Origin: Chrysomallon squamiferum
Lineage: Eukaryota; Animalia; Mollusca
NCBI GenBank assembly: GCA_012295275.1
Contig: CM022673.1
Span: forward strand, 1,674,001 to 1,738,000
Direction: 5' to 3'
DNA: 64,000 nucleotides
Shown here: positions 42,609 through 56,639 of the stretch, in pieces
Layout of the letters: each line of letters starts with the position of its first letter
Numbering within the stretch: position 1 is the stretch's first letter
Notes under the pieces: generated by a model
The model's database searches: none
Told to the model about the DNA's origin: nothing
The model's input: only the letters and a program-made list of their open reading frames with translations
Program-made: the position numbers and the translations under genes

Positions 42609-44996
42609 TCAGCTGACTATTTTGTTAATTTTGTCATGTTTCAGAACAGCTATATCGTGTTTGTTAATCACAATGTCCTGAATAAACACACATGCCAGTA
42701 TTCCCATGGCACCAGCAGACACCATGTAGGACAGCACTGTCCCAGTGAGGTGGACGATGTAACCCATCATGGCTGTCAGCATGACCTGCGACAAGAAGTA
42801 GGCGCTGTCCAGGATTCCCATGTCTGTTCCAAAGCCTCGCTCTGAAGAAGTGGAAGACATTTTTGTACCTGTCAGTGCTGCATCGTCAAAAAAGTACACC
42901 TGTAAAACAAATTTAAAAATGTGTAATAGTTGTAGTCATAGAGCAAGAGTGCTAGTAGTAGTGGTAGCTGTGACGATGGTAGTGGTTGTGGTAATTTTAA
43001 ATTTAATTATGGATTATATTTTCATAAAGTATAAGAGAGTTATTCTTATTTGATTTTGAATGATTAAATAATAACCACACAGAAATCTGAGACATTTTGA
43101 AACAAAAATCAATGTTATATATACATTAAAAAAAGTTAATATAAGTTAATCACTAGCTCTTAAATATCACTTCAGTGTACACTGTAAACCAGAAAATACT
43201 GGCAACCTTATAAAGTAGTTTAACCACAGGCAAAGCACACATACATGAAAAACAATTTAAAAAAAAAAAAGAATAAAAGAAAAAAAACAAGAATTACACA
43301 GAGCTAGTCCATTTAAATCACTGCAGTAAAAGGAATCAGAAAATGGATGGAACCTCAGGAAAATTAGTAAAAAGAAAAAAGTAAACAGAAAAATATTAAA
43401 ACAAAAGGAAAACTATGAAAAATCTAAACCTAACCCTCACTCCACCCGCATATTTATTTAACTATAACATCTAAAATACCCTTGTTTCTGGTATATGGTG
43501 ATTAAGCTTACAACATTGTTTTTGATATACAATTAACATACCTCTTTTTGCATATGATATCTGGAGACTAGGATAAACGGTATGGTTGTCAAAGTGGCAT
43601 ATGCAAATCCTGTCACTGCTGCCATTATACTGACGAAAACTGCATTCCGAAACAGGACCATTCCTGACATGGCAACCACAAACAAAGACATTCCAAAGAT
43701 GTAAGTTGTTCGACAGTCATACTTGTCCACCATTTTCTCAACAAAGAAAGCGTAAATAGCAGATGTAATGCAGTGAAAGAGCAATCCCCAGCTGCCCATT
43801 CGGACTCCTTCATCATAGAGCCTTCCACTAGCAGAACCGTCTGGAGCGTTGGGATTGCCCATGTAAACAGCTTGAGCCACGAAGTCTGAAAAGTACAGGT
43901 TGAAGCTCATGACAGCTGTCCAGCTACAGAAGTTGGCTAAACACAGTTTGCGCAGCACTACAGGAACGTTTAGCATCCCCTTGATCTGCGTGGGTAGAAG
44001 TCTGTAAGCACTGTGAGATATGAACTGAAACAATCCACATAAACCTGAGAGAATTTTACCTGAAAATAACAGTTTCAGCTTTGTTCTAATAAAACGCAGT
44101 TTTTGCACCGGTCTCTGGAATTGTTTGTTTTCAAAATGACTAGAAGCCAATTCCTTGTTCAAAATACTGGCTGGAATGTCCTCGGATGATGAACTGCTGT
44201 ATCCGGATTCAGCAGTCTGTGTTGTGACTGAACTACTGTCTGTCACGTGAGAATGAGACATATCACTGGAAGATGGAGGCTTTTCGGAAGCAACAATCAG
44301 TGTGGATGTCAACGTCAGTGTAAAAATTACAATTAACAGTGAAAATATCGAGGACTCTTGTGATCCGAAATACACTCCTAATGAATTGGAATTCCAATCT
44401 ATTGCAGTTAATAAATATCCTAGAATGCCTCCCAAACTTATCATCAGGGAATACATGGTGAAAGCACGTTCGTACTGGCCAGAGTCTTTGGTGACATCAC
44501 TTAAAAGAGCCTCACAGGGTGTCAGACAAGCTTGACTTGTAAAATCCAAAAGAACGGACCCTGCAGTTAGGCACCACACACCAAGCACCTTGCTGAGCAT
44601 GTTTTGTCCAAATATCAGTGACATAAAGTACTCTCCAAAGGGTATCATGTACAGGGATATAACGAGGATTGCTGACAGACCAAATATAAATGGTCGACGA
44701 CGGCCATAAAAACTCTGACACCTGTCACTGGCTCTTCCAATCATCGGGTTCAGTACAAAACCCATCAGAGGTCCCACACCCAGAATGAGACTCATGTTTC
44801 CTTCAGAATATCCGGCTTTCAGCAACATTGGCGGGATGTAGGTAAACCCAGCACAAGCACAAATCTCTACACCACATACCACAGTGTTTAACAGCAGAAT
44901 CTGCAGCAGTGTAAGTGGCTTTGAATCATTTTTTGATGTAACTGTTGTTCCATTCTGAGTCCTTGGATACACAACAACTGAATCTGGAGTCTCCAT
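42609..44996 (-). CDS. SLC45A3: Solute carrier family 45 member 3 (prostein)-like MFS transporter, 581 aa, 2 coding exons
   Basis: Exons 43542-44996 (ATG 44996, METPDSVV) and 42609-42899, joined QKE|VYF in phase 0. SLC45 motifs GVEICACAGFTYIPPMLL, SDRCQSFYGRRRPFI, LLDFTSQACLTPCEALLSD, YDEGVRMGSWGL, RGFGTDMGILDSAYFLSQV; these are closest to SLC45A3 as I recall the family. Confidence 0.92.
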
Positions 44997-45099
44997 CACG
45001 AGAGAGAAAAAAAACACACCAAAACACAACTAAATGGAACTGATAGCTGTTTGATGGAGATTGAAGTCTTGATTCAAGGAAGCGGAGGATGACAGGAAT

Positions 45100-47971
45100 T
45101 TAATTAGAAGTCACTGCAGGGTTTTTGTCATTTTGTAAACTGGTATGTTGTTGGTCAGACACCATCTGCTCCAACCTGAGAAACAAAACATAAATTAATT
45201 AAATCATGTAATACGAATCAATCTCAAACAAGGAGCACAGCTGACAAATGTTTTTGTTACATTTAATGGAATCTACAGCTTACTAAGATGGACAGAAATA
45301 TTAAAAATAATAATAATAATAGTTTTCCATTAAAATAATTAAAATAAATATCTGCTTCTGTCACATTTAGTCACAGCTGCATAGGTGGACAGAAATAATA
45401 ATAATAATAATAATCATAATAATAAAATAGTGTCAATTCAAATAATTATTGATTTTTATCTATTTCATATTACACATGCCAACAGGCAAACCAGTGTTAC
45501 ATTAATTTTATCAAAGCATCAAACCTGTTGCCTTTATTCTTATTACAGTGTGTCAATACTCATTATCACTCTAACATCAGCAAATTGGTGCATTAGTGGA
45601 GTGATGCAGAACATTAAAGTGAAGTTTAAAGCTGTGAATATTTTTTTCAGCAAGTTATATTATTACAATATTAATTAACTTAATTATTTATATTTATTTC
45701 AATGCATTTATTAATTCTAGGATGAAACATAGCTATTGGTTTTATAATGACACATGCATCAATCTATTTTAAAATTTCTAAAACACTCACATAATTTCTG
45801 AAAAACAAATTAAGGAATATTCATGACTGTCGTGGAGTTTAAGTTTGATAAAAAAAACACATCTGGTGCACAAATACATTAAAAACATTTTAAATATTTA
45901 AAAAATTCCAAAAATTAATTTTTAAAGCAAATAAATAACACACAGTATTTCTTTCAGACTCTGCAAGCTCAAGCCCTGATGGGTTAACATAATAACTAGG
46001 GTACTGCCTACACTTATCATGTTCTTTACAACAATAAAATTAAAATAATAGATTTAAAAAAAATAATAACTAAGAAAAAAACACTAAAGAAGAAAAAAGT
46101 TCTTCAAACACATTGTAACACGATAATATTAATTTTATTAATCAAAATCATACAGAATAGTTGGGAAATGGGTATCTGATATATATATATATATATTTTT
46201 TTTTTTTTCTCTAGAAGAAGCATTATTTCTGTTATAAAAGAAAATTTTGTATTAAGTCATTTTCATTTAAATATCTATTCCCATGACTATTTCCATAATA
46301 ATAAAAAATATCTTTTTAAAAAAATTTCACATGATAATCACCAGAAATACATGAGATTAAGATAAAAATAATTATGGTATTAATCTGTGCTATTTTTTTT
46401 TTTTTTTGGAGTGTGTGTAACTGAACTGAGTGAGTTTGAGTATTTACTAGTAGTGTGTACACATACATATATGTGTGTGTGAGACAGTGCAGATGTCTGT
46501 TACTACTTACCATATGGCTTGAAGTTTCAATTCCAACTCATTACAACTGTCTCCAGCAATAAAGTGCCAACATTTCATCTTGATTGTGCAGTCTAGCCTA
46601 CAGCAAAACAATACAAGGTGAAATTAAAACTACAAAGGCTATAAATTTTATCCATAAAATAAATTTTGCTGGTTATGATATGCATTATATGCAGCATTTT
46701 GTAGACACCTGAATTCAGAGTAGACTGTTTGCTTTTATAGTATAATGGACCAAGGACAGAGTATCGACAGAATTTATATAAAAAACCAAAAAGCTAATAA
46801 TGTTAAAACAGATGTAGGCACAAATGCATAGATAGGCATAAACATAAACCTTAAATAATAAAAAAAAAATAAAAGTAAGCAAATAATAATAATAATAATA
46901 ATGTATATATATATATATAAATAGTAATAATAAGCCTTTAATAATGTTCACTTTAAACTAGAATGACACTGAAAGCATGGACAAAATATTTTAATGTAGG
47001 TTTTAATTTATTACTAATCAATTCACATAAAACAGCAAAGGAAACATTTGCGCATTTCTTATGAAATATAAAATAAAATCTTTAGTATTAATTATGTCTG
47101 CTGCAAATGTTGTTTGGAATGTACAGACAACATAAAAAAAAATTATTAAAAAAAAATAAAAAATAAAAAATAAATAAAAGAACACTCAAAACTATACAAA
47201 ATTACTTTTAAAAATGAATAACATATTGAATCTTCAAATTTTTTTTTTATATTTTTCTTTTAACATACAAGTATAATTTCAAATACATTTTTGATGCTAG
47301 AGGATGTATTTAGGGAATATCAGATCAAATATAAGCCTTGGATATGAAACAGTTGCGTGTTAGATACATCCATAAACACAACTATTTAACAAATATAAAG
47401 CATATGCAATTTCAAAATGAATAGCAAAACAGTTATTAAATCCTTGGATTTCATTAATATTAATGAACAGACAGTAACTATTATATAAAACACAGCATTT
47501 GTAAAAAAAAATAAAAATAATAATAATAATAATATTGTTTTCTGATTATGGACCACTGTTCACTACAAGTATGTGACTAATTGCAAGTCAGTAAACTGTT
47601 TACAGTGATGAATGTGTGCACCATCTGTCATTTTTAAACTCTGTTATTAATCAAAATACCTTTGTTGTATTAAACAATGAGAATTTAATGTTGCTGAAAA
47701 TGCATTATAGACTCAACATTTGACTTAAAATAATTGATTATCTTGAGGGGTTTAAAAATTACAATGACAGTTAAACCTGTCAAAAATAAGACAAAAACGT
47801 ATTCATAAATATACATACATACATGCAAATCTACATAAATAAACTACACAAACATATAAACAAAAATTTACCATAAAAAAACAACTAAAAAAACCTCATA
47901 CAAATATACAAAAAAGAAAACATTTAAACATATGCTCACCCTCACAAAGACATATTTACATACAGAGCACG

Positions 47972-48014
<43 letters not shown>

Positions 48015-50168
48015 CTAACATAGAAGAAAATGGACACTTTAAGAAGCAACAACTTTGCTGTAAATGGGATCTGTCTGACCTAGGTACATTTTGCTGTTTA
48101 TTCTTTATAATTAATGTCAACAAAGTAATTTTGTGTATAACCTAAGTAGCTTCTCTATTTGGCAGGCAGGCTAACACTGTTATTCTTTTCAAATCTTCTT
48201 ATGATCCTAAACCTTATTCACAAAGCTCTGACAAGTATTTTGGTACTGCTGCCCTGACTTAGCATTCTTGCAGGATTTTCAACAGCATTTGCAAAAGCAA
48301 TGCAGTTTCAAGATAATGCTTTAATCTGTTAAATGGTTGCAGAAAACAGCACATACGTTCTGGAAGGCTGCAGTTTCCTTGGCTGTCTTGCAGTATGGGC
48401 TTTGATAAAATGGTTATTGAATGCTGAAAATTACAGTAAATGAAAATAACTAACTTTATTAAAATACCTATTTCAATAATAACAACAACAACAACAACAA
48501 TAATAAAAATAATAGTAAGAAGAAGAAGAAAAAGAAGAAAAAGAAGAAGAATAAAAAAACAACAATAAAATTTAGAAAAGAAAAAGATTAATAATGTATC
48601 AGTAGAAATAAACATTCAACTAACAGAGTTCCTTGAATTAAACACTGACATTTAATTTAAAGGTAAAACCAGTGTTACAAGTAATGCTTTTGAATTTTTT
48701 ATATCTAAATAGGCCTTGTGGTAAAACGATTTTTTTTTTTTTATAATAAATACATAAAGCAGGAAAAGGTTGTTGCATCATACTGTATGCTAGACAAGTT
48801 TACTGTGATGATTTTGTTAACTCCACAAGCCATACCATAGATTAATATATTGCCTATAATGAAGGTAATTCTATGCAGCAATACAGGGTTGTTTTTACTG
48901 GGGGTTTTTGGTTGTTCTTTTTTGTTGGTTTTTTTTTTGCTTCCACCTGTTGCATTCATGTTAGTTTTTACATGATTAGCCCATTTCGTAACTGTCTTAA
49001 ATACATCATTTCTTTTACTAAAATGAACTTTCTGTTCCACAATAGCCTAAGATTTAATAATGGTTTTCATACATCTTTTCTATTTTAGATTTTTTTTGTA
49101 TGATAATTATACTACTGAAAGTAACTGATAATGAAATTTTCTTTTTTTCTTTCTTTCTTTTTTTTGTTTTCTTTGTGAAGAATATACATGCAAAAACAGT
49201 TAGCTGCATTTATTTAATTTCATTTATGTTTAGAGATGTAGATATACCACAATTCTTTGATAATAAATATTCTCAAAAATTTTAAATCTACATTTATCTG
49301 TCATGTTCTTTTTCCTGCAGAAAAAACAGATCAAACCAGTTGTGGGACACTTTTTGAAATGAGAAAATACTTGAAAATGGATTGATCCTCCTAACCATCA
49401 TTCTAAACCATGTACTGTATCATGCTTGAAATATGGGACAAAACTAGTTTCTAATGTCAGTTATATGAAGATCATAAAATACACAACTTGTGCATGTTGT
49501 GAAATAATTATTCTATCATTAACTCATAATACATTTAATTTATATATATGTGTTTTTTTTTTAAAGAGCAGTGAATTTGGATGTAGTCATAGAAATTAAT
49601 TTGTGCAAGTCTAGATGTATAGCTGCAGGGCAATGCAGTATACAAGAATGACTAGAGAACCATCGTGAATATTGCACATCACAACTAAAAATCTCTTGTG
49701 TTATCCATCTAAATGTCCTCTTTTCATAAATACACCCACAAGTTAAAAAGTAACTGATCCAAAACAATAATTTAATAAAGTTCTGTGAATAATTCATACA
49801 CAAAAATATACTTTTTATGCTATCATGTTTATTCATAATATAAAAAAAATATAAAAAAAATATTACCCAAATATGTTAAAGAAAGTCTCTCATGTGTGAG
49901 ATACATATTGATGTTGAAGTGAATGATAATTCAAAAATATGGGGTTAATGTACTCTTTTAAATATAGCTTCTTTTTCTCTGTCAACAGACATAGAGTTGT
50001 GTTTTTCACATAAATAGGAGTCTGACTGATAGGAAAGCTGAAAATTGTTAGAAATGTATTTTAATCCAAAACTTTGGATATTTTCATAGTTAATGATGCA
50101 TGGCAGAATATGTGGAAAAGTTGTATCTCAAAACTGAAAATAATCAGTGAAAAAATAAAAGGATTACC

Positions 50169-50226
<58 letters not shown>

Positions 50227-50822
50227 TAAATATGTGCAAATAAATCTGTCACAGACTGATGATTTCAAAAAATCACAGTATAATATTTTCCAGAATAAAT
50301 TATATACTGGATCATGCCCTTCCTGAACTTAGGTTCGCTCGAATCATAAAAAAACATTTAAATTTACAAACACATTAAAATGACAAATACTTAAATGCAG
50401 ATCACATCTGTAGTTTCTGACACAGTTGTTCCTGGTTTGGCTGTTTAAACTAACATTAACTCTGAGAATCTAATTTCAAGCACATATTTGGTTAATTGTA
50501 GACAACTAATTATGAAATAAAATGTTAAATTATTACAAAGAAATTTCAGTCTGAAGTTAAACATTAAATGAAGACATAGATACATTCATGCATGCACACA
50601 AACATGCATAATATACATAGATACATACATACATATATACATTCATATATATACATATATACATACATATTCATATTTATATTCATAGACATATACATAC
50701 ATACACATACAAATAGGAAAGGTGTTGCCAAAAATCCATATCAGTCCTTTCTAACTAAACACCCTATATGTACTTATCAGAAGAAATCAATCAAATATTT
50801 AAATATTATCTTCGGCTGTACC

Positions 50823-50854
<32 letters not shown>

Positions 50855-53800
50855 TATATGTATATAGGGTAAGGTGGGATAATTCTGGCCCCCTTTTCCA
50901 TTCAATCTCACCTACAGCTTCACAGACAAAAGGTAATAATAAAATGGAGTGAATAATGTGTAGTATGTGCATTTCTGCTTCAGTATATACAAACACTATA
51001 TGTGTAGTGCTTGAACTTTTGAAATGGGAACTTGGTTAAAAATTGTTATCAGGGACCAGATTTGCCCTAATAATTTGGGGTAAATCTGGCCCCAAAATTA
51101 ATGATGTATTTTGGTCCTCAAATTTGTTGTACTGATTATATCTATGTAATCATTGTCAACTACTACTAATAATTTGTCCTAATCATAATACAAGTCAGAC
51201 TCAAAACTTCAATAAACTAAATGTTTTCTTTGACTGCATCCACCAGTTCTGCTGTAACACTGAAATTGAGCTGCCGTTTTTCCTTTAGTATCTTCTTCTT
51301 CTGTTTTTTTTTTTCTTTGTCTCTCTCACCTTTGCTCTCTGTCTTTTCTTCCTCATCCTCGTCTTCTCTGCCAACTCTTCTTCATACCTCTTGACATTGT
51401 CTTCTTCTGTCAATGCCTCAGCACATATCATCCTCTTGATTTTACTTGATGTCTGATGATGTGACCCACCAGATGGATCATGGATTTTCAGTTGATTCAA
51501 AAAACTAAAATAAAACTCAGAATGGACTATATCAATGCCAAAAACTATTGATTTCAGCATCACATATGTTAGAATTGCCCCAAGCGATGGAGTTAAATAA
51601 AACACACACTCCTTGCCTAATTACCACACATTTATCAAGTTTCTTCTGCTGAACTTAATAATTGATTTTATGTTTTTTACCTGTTAAAAATTATCACTAA
51701 CCTTATGTCTATAGAACTAAAAAAAAAAAAAAAACCCACTCATTTTTGAAACCTCAAAATATATTTCTTTTACAACCTTGTTGTTTTCACTACTTTCATG
51801 GCCACTATACTCTACGTGTAAATGGCTAAGGATCTAAACTCTTTGTTCTAATGAGAAATAGGAAGGTCCTTTTCATATCAACAAAATCCCAGAAGCCTGG
51901 GAAGAAGAATATAGTTGCTTTAAGTCATAATATAATATACCTTGGGGGCCAGAATTACCCCCACCTTACCCTATATAACATACAATTATTCTTCTATAAA
52001 AAATAAACTAAAAATACAAACAACAACACATTTATATATTGCCAAGTTATATACAAAAGTGTATCACCTGTTTGTTTATTAAACACTGACTTTAGGTATC
52101 TGTTGATCAGAATAACAAGTGGTATGTTTGTCACATCTGTCTCAGTAATATTGAAAGCAGCAAGTAGTTTAAATTGGTGTCTATATTTTAATTTGCAGAC
52201 ACATAATTAATATTATATGATACCAATGATATTATATAATGAATTTATAAAAAAAAAAAATACAAAAAAATAAAAAATATAAAAATATAAAATCATAAGT
52301 TAATGATGGTGATAATAATAATAAGAAGAATAAAAAGAAGAAGAAGAAGAATATTAACTTAAAGAAGAAAAAAACAGTAAATAAAACAAATAAACAGTAA
52401 AATTTATAAAGCATATATGGTTTACAAAAATAAACACCTATTTGTGAGAAAAAAAAGAATAAACAAACAAAATTGATCTCTGAATAGTTTTATAATTGTT
52501 GGCCTTATCACATTCAGAGATTTCAAGAACAGTGTTTTGAAATGAAATATTCTTATTTTCAAATTCTCTATGTTAATGAGAGTTTAAACAGGCAATCCTT
52601 GATAAACATCTTAAACTGCTATATAGGAAAACTGCAACTGTGACATACATTCATGTATAAGTCATTATAATACATATGTAATTTAGTTTAAAATATCTAG
52701 CCAACCTAAGTGCAAGAAAGGCATGCTCTGATATTCATTTAATCCTTGTCTGAAAAATGAATGAATCAATTATTTTATTTAATAAAATTTAAAGACATTT
52801 ACCGTGAACAGTTATTCCATGTCAGACATGGTTTTTCAGTATAATGATATTATGAAGGAAATGTAGGTGTACTGTTATTTTTAGTGGCTAGGGGTCATTT
52901 ATGCACACAGGCAGGTCAAAACTTAACAGAATGTCAAATAAACCAGTATCAACCAACAATGTCTTACTTCACTAATCTCTTTATCACCAAAGGAATACAG
53001 CAATTACTAAGGTACTGTTTTGTGTGTGATCTTTCAGATCATGTTATATATGTGAGATTAGAAGATTAGAGATTTGCATGTTAAGATGTATGTGATAAAA
53101 AAAAGCATATGTAAGAAAATGTTTTTGTATTTCATTGTGTATGATAGTGTGTTTATGGAAATTAGTATGTTTACAGAAGTTGGTCTGTATGTATGTATAT
53201 GTGAGTACATGTGTCACAGGATTTTTAAAAAAACCCCACTGAAATCTTACTTAATATCAATCATTATATAATAATTTTCAAGGACATTAAAAAAAATCAA
53301 ACATATACTATAACATTACAGTCAATATCTACGCAGAAACTGTCAATACCTACAACAATCAAAAACATTTCACTGAACGTACTAAATCTTAACAAAATCA
53401 ACTGACCTTACTCTTTATGGATTTTGTAATTATGTACATCTGACAAGATTCAGGAAATGAAGAATGAAAAGGTCAACACACCATTTATAGACACTTCATG
53501 AACATCATTCAGTACTATTCTGGTGTGCAAGTCACACACTGAATATTTACAGATATTACAGATATGTATATATATATAAACGTACATCCACACACCCGCC
53601 TAAGAGAATGACATAACACAATTTTGAACTTATGCACACAGTAGTTTTGAAAATAATATAAAAAAGATTGTACTTGTATACCTATGATAATGAATAAATG
53701 AATAAATCGTGTCTTTATTAATCTCATTTTAAATGATACTAAGGAAAAGTCAATAAGTTCTTTTCTAAACTGATGACATAAGAGAAGACACTTCCTGCTG

Positions 53801-55396
53801 CCACACCAAGGGCTACTCTTCTTTTCATTGATGGTGTTACCATGATGTAATGTATTATTATTATTATCATGTGTTACACAGAGCAAGCCTCTATCAGAAT
53901 GTGACAGATGTTTAACTGTCCAGCAATTAACATTTTGTATACCTCAGAGGAGATATTTAAATTGACTGAATACCACGTATTAAATTTTAGACAATAAATT
54001 GTGATACAATTTATGTGATTTACTATTTAAACTTTAATACAGGAGTAATACAGCAACAAAACTGAGATAGTAAAGTAAATTGCAGACTGATCATGTTTTC
54101 ATTGTATATTGTCTACAAAAGTATTTTAAAAAAACCATGGCTACTTAGTTCATACATAAACCATTTTCTCTTTCTGCCATAATGTTTCAACATAGAAATT
54201 TTATTGTGCATATAAAATATCTTGGTTTTTAGTTAAACAATGCAGATCTACATAAACATAAGTTTTAAATTTTGTCATTTGATCTGTGAACACCAAATTA
54301 TACAGTTATTTCATATAAATGACAAATTAAAGTGTCAGTTTGGAATTACAGAATTACTACATTCATATTATTTCTGATGACTTGGTAATGTGATCTGAAC
54401 AAAATAATGCCTACATCACATTTCCATTCATTTCCAAGTTTTATCCATGAACTATGTTATCCTGTCTATTCTGGCATGCAGCTCTGGAGCATAAAATTTG
54501 CTTTTTGTAGCATTCATGAATGTTTAAAGACAACTGAATAAACAAATACAGTGCTGAAAATGTCACGCAAGTTTATGCAGTTAATTTGTGAGTCACTCTA
54601 TATTGTTCTCAATTAAAAAAATAAAAACAAAAAAACATTATAAATTAAAGAGTAATAAATATGTAACAAAGATGCATTGGAATATAGAGAAAATAAAAAT
54701 CCAGATAAGATATTTTGATAAATAAAGTTAGTTGCACACACACACACACATTTTTTTACCGGATGATCAATGAATTACACACAAACACACATGCCAACTG
54801 CAATATTTGGACAGCTTCATTCACAAACATTTTATAAAATAAAAGTACTTGATGTGTCACAGACCAGCTTTTCAAACACAAACACAAACCCAAGCAAAAT
54901 AAACCTACTCATATGAGTAATGTCAGAAAAAAACTCGCACAGAAATAAAAAAAAGTAAAAAAATATGAACCAAGAAAAAATTAAAAATTAAAAAAATAAA
55001 AACCCAACAAGACAAAACATAAAACCCCACAACCAACATTTCATGATTTAGAGTACTTATAACAACAGGTTAAATAAGTAAAATAAAATAAAATAAATTA
55101 AAATAAAATGAGAATCCAATATAATGGAAAAAATAAATGCTTGGATTTCATTACCAATATTGTTTAGGCAACACATTCAATCCATCACAAAACAATTAAA
55201 AATTTAAAATAAAAACCTACAAAAACAAACAAACAAACAAACAAAAAAACCCCAATAACAACAACAACAACAACAACAATAATAATAATAATAAATAAAA
55301 AATAAATAAATAAAACCTGCTAAAAACACCTGGTTTGAAAAAAAGAAAAAGAAAGAAAATGCTTCAATTTTTCATACCACAATATCTGGCTAACAT
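45100..55396 (-). CDS. Predicted spliced upstream ORF 2 of SLC45A3-like mRNA, 82 aa, 4 exons
   Basis: Segments 55378-55396, 48357-48423, 46511-46597, 45100-45175 (249 nt); donors GTATGA, GTATGT, GTAAGT; acceptors TTTTCAG, GCTGTAG, TTCTCAG; phases 1,2,2 all compatible; MLARYCAFNNHFIKAHTARQPRKLQPSRTLDCTIKMKCWHFIAGDSCNELELKLQAIWLEQMVSDQQHTSLQNDKNPAVTSN*. Confidence 0.7.
50172..50222. repeat. (CA)n microsatellite
   Basis: Direct inspection. Confidence 0.95.
50867..51971. mobile_element. Non-autonomous/deleted Tc1-mariner-pogo superfamily DNA transposon, 1105 bp
   Basis: TIRs GGGTAAGGTGGGATAATTCTGGCCCCC (50867-50893) and reverse complement GGGTAAGGTGGGGGTAATTCTGGCCCCC (51944-51971), flanked by TA on both sides; internal TIR-like copies at ~51052, ~51077, ~51571; minus-strand remnant AEALTEEDNVKRYEEELAEKTRMRKKRQR resembles the charged C-terminus of pogo-like transposases. 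Confidence 0.85.
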
Positions 55397-55422
55397 CGTA
55401 AGTCACTGGTTGTAATAAACTG

Positions 55423-56116
55423 TCAGTGCACTAACATGTGGTTTTCAATGGGGACAGGAGGTGACAAAAGTCTTGGTTTCCTGCAGGTAATGGAAGACAG
55501 TAACTGTAGAGCAATTTTTACTAAGTTTCCACTCCAAGTGTGAGTTGTAACCCTAAAACCACAAGTGATTCACATTCATAATACGAGAATTTGTGATTGT
55601 ACATTATTGCTGATAAAAAAAAAAAAACCAACAACAACAACTAGAAAACCAACAAAAGAAACAAAAATAAAACCAAGAAAAATAAACAATAAAAAAAAAC
55701 ACAAGACAAAACAAAACAAAAAAACCTATACTTACTGCCATGTACATATTTATAAATAAGTATATGTCCAATAAATTATCTGACATTCTTAGAATTTTTT
55801 TAAAAAATAAAATCATCATTGCATGTATATTTTATATGAAATATGAACACAAATACAGAAGTACAGTCAAATTTATGTTTCCATAAGACTTTTAAATGTA
55901 TCAGTTGATTCTCACTGTATGTGTAATGTGAATATGGCTTAACCCAAACAATTAGTCCAAAATTAAAAAATTAAAATACCATCACGACTTTTACTTTATA
56001 TGTCAGTTATCTAACAATAATGATTAATAAGAGAACTGTGATATAGCCAATCCCAAACATTTCCCTACTGTCACTGTTCAAGTATAGAAGATAAACTGAT
56101 ACATTTACATTATGCA

Positions 56117-56154
<38 letters not shown>

Positions 56155-56639
56155 TAGATGTTAAAACTTTGGAGTGTTCTTTATGATTATTCAGTATGTA
56201 AGTCTATATAAATTATTAGTATATATACTGTTTTTAATTAGAACAAACTTGTCCCACAGTTTTATAATATAAATTTCCATGTTCTAATACGAAAAACAAT
56301 TAAAATATTAACAGATGTCTTTAATTTATATAATGTTAATAAATGGTTTGTGCATAAATTTATTTAGGTTATGTTATACAATTATAAATTGGAAGTAAAC
56401 TGGTATTGCTTTTAAGGAAAAACATTTCTGTAATGTTAACTTTCTCTTTCAGGTGTTTGAATTGTTAAATAAATAAATAAGTTATTTGTACATCAGAAAC
56501 AAAATCCCAGGGGAAAACGTGTACATATCAACAAAACAGACTTTAATTTCCTTTACCTCACACTGTGCTGTTCAGATGTATGGACTGAATATGTGCCAAC
56601 TATTGAAATCGGCTTTCTGTACAGCTGACACCAAATCAT
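55423..56639 (-). CDS. Predicted spliced upstream ORF 1 of SLC45A3-like mRNA, 46 aa, 2 exons
   Basis: Segments 56557-56639 and 55423-55480; donor AG|GTAAAG, acceptor CTTCCATTACCTGCAG; AAA ATG context; MIWCQLYRKPISIVGTYSVHTSEQHSVRKPRLLSPPVPIENHMLVH*. The 5' boundary of the 56.6 kb exon is weak (56677 or 56664). Confidence 0.5.

Noticed and set aside
42636-44721. Overlapping and antisense ORFs within the SLC45 CDS
   Set aside because: Short shadow frames of a real coding sequence.
43533-45029. ORF-track start MCFGVFFFSLV for the transporter
   Set aside because: Begins at a non-ATG codon in a T-rich leader; first in-frame ATG is 44996.
53412-53439. 28-nt minus-strand exon candidate (CAG|ATGTAC...AAGA|GTAAGG) in the SLC45 leader
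   Set aside because: Would shift the uORF2 frame if inserted; although it could supply an alternative start (MYIITKSIK) in frame with the next exon, evidence is only splice-like dinucleotides.
53740-53900. GC-richer island / 123-aa ORF 53515-53886
   Set aside because: No convincing splice sites or protein features; at most a regulatory element.
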